The notes beneath the pieces were generated by a model. The model was not told where the DNA came from and made no database searches. It saw nothing but the letters and a program-made list of their open reading frames with translations. A stretch of DNA of 64,000 nucleotides, from contig CM052816.1 in assembly GCA_028534125.1 (NCBI GenBank), positions 45,572,001-45,636,000 on the forward strand, in the 5' to 3' direction. Shown piece by piece: positions 63,181-64,000 of the stretch. Every line of letters begins with the position of its first letter. Positions within the stretch are counted from its first letter, which is position 1. The DNA is from Lama glama (Eukaryota). The position numbers and the translations under genes are program-made.

Positions 63181-63689
63181 CTCATAAAAAGAGAAAAAAA
63201 CAGAACAATTTCTTCTGAACTATATGCTCACAAATTATATAAGCTTTTCAGTTAGTGCATACACGTTACATGAATTCGTTTATGTACTGTGTGCACAGAG
63301 AAGTGAACAAGGTTCTCTTTAAGCATGACAATAATTTTAAAGTATTTTATATTAGTTTTTGCTAATCAAATTTATTTACAAAATTTCCCCCAACCAAAAA
63401 TATGACTAACCTGGGATTGTCTTAAAGAAAAAGACTTAATTTTAAAAGCCAAGGAACTGTGAAAAACATAGAACAATTTGGGTAAAGAGTAAATTTCCAT
63501 CAGAGGTTGTCTGAAAAAAGAATTAATTTAATATGAACTGAAAAATAAACTTCTGTGATTAAATCTGGAAAAGGATAGTTACGTAAAATGTATCCTAAAG
63601 AGGCAAAATAAGAAAATAATTTAAATAAGAATAAGAAATGTTTCTAACCAATACAGTAAATGCAGCAGAAACAAAATCAGATACTCACA

Positions 63690-63830
63690 TCACGGCTCTG
63701 TGTTACCTTGGGCAAGTTACTTAACCTGTCTGACCTCAATTTCCACATGTGAAGTGAAGCTAGTAGTTGCCTATTTTACAAGTTTGTGGTGAAGATAAAA
63801 GTGTCTCTCCATAGTATGAGCTAAATAAAT
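63690..63830 (+). mobile_element. MIR SINE
   Basis: ccttgggcaagttacttaacctgtctgacctcaatttcc core. Confidence 0.7.
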
Positions 63831-64000
63831 GGAAGCTTTTATAGTAATTTTGAAACAAACTGTATTCGGTAGTTTTATTAAAGTGCAGCACATTTTAAAT
63901 ATATATAATTCAAGGATCACTGTAAATCATAATGAAGTTTTTTCAAACAAATATTTAATAGTAGGTAATGCTATTCTTTTTAAGCTCTTAAAAAGGGAAT

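Noticed and set aside
1..64000. CRISPR array, prokaryotic operon or defence system; ADGRV1 pseudogenisation
   Set aside because: The sequence is mammalian exon-intron DNA with no repeat-spacer array, and the 24 exons join in phase with no stop found.

Overview
AT-rich mammalian genomic DNA lying entirely inside one minus-strand gene, ADGRV1 (VLGR1/GPR98/MASS1, the Usher 2C adhesion GPCR). I mapped 24 consecutive GT-AG coding exons from 63180 down to 6522. They total 6139 nt (~2046 codons), have compatible junction phases, and I found no stop or frameshift. They encode tandem Calx-beta repeats and the LamG/pentraxin domain, and by recalled human exon sizes correspond to exons 11-34; the gene's start and end lie outside the window. 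Introns contain L1, L2, MIR, Tigger1, Charlie1-type and MaLR fragments. Two tRNA-Ala-derived SINEs resemble camelid vic-1, suggesting an alpaca/llama/camel source. Main leads: (1) a candidate 33-nt in-frame microexon (60102-60134, [11 protein letters not shown]) with strong splice signals and two downstream UGCAUG motifs; (2) an 81-nt skippable exon carrying a DGSGSGDGD glycosaminoglycan-like site, which like (1) falls in a Calx-beta F-G loop, the loop that NCX exchangers vary by splicing; (3) a PAN/apple-like Cys module inserted in a Calx-beta repeat; (4) the internal donor that would give the truncated VLGR1c-type isoform, plus a candidate short terminal exon; (5) a CpG-rich, motif-dense probable solo LTR antisense to the gene. 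All coordinates and counts are by hand. Exon numbers and repeat family names are from memory and need confirmation.
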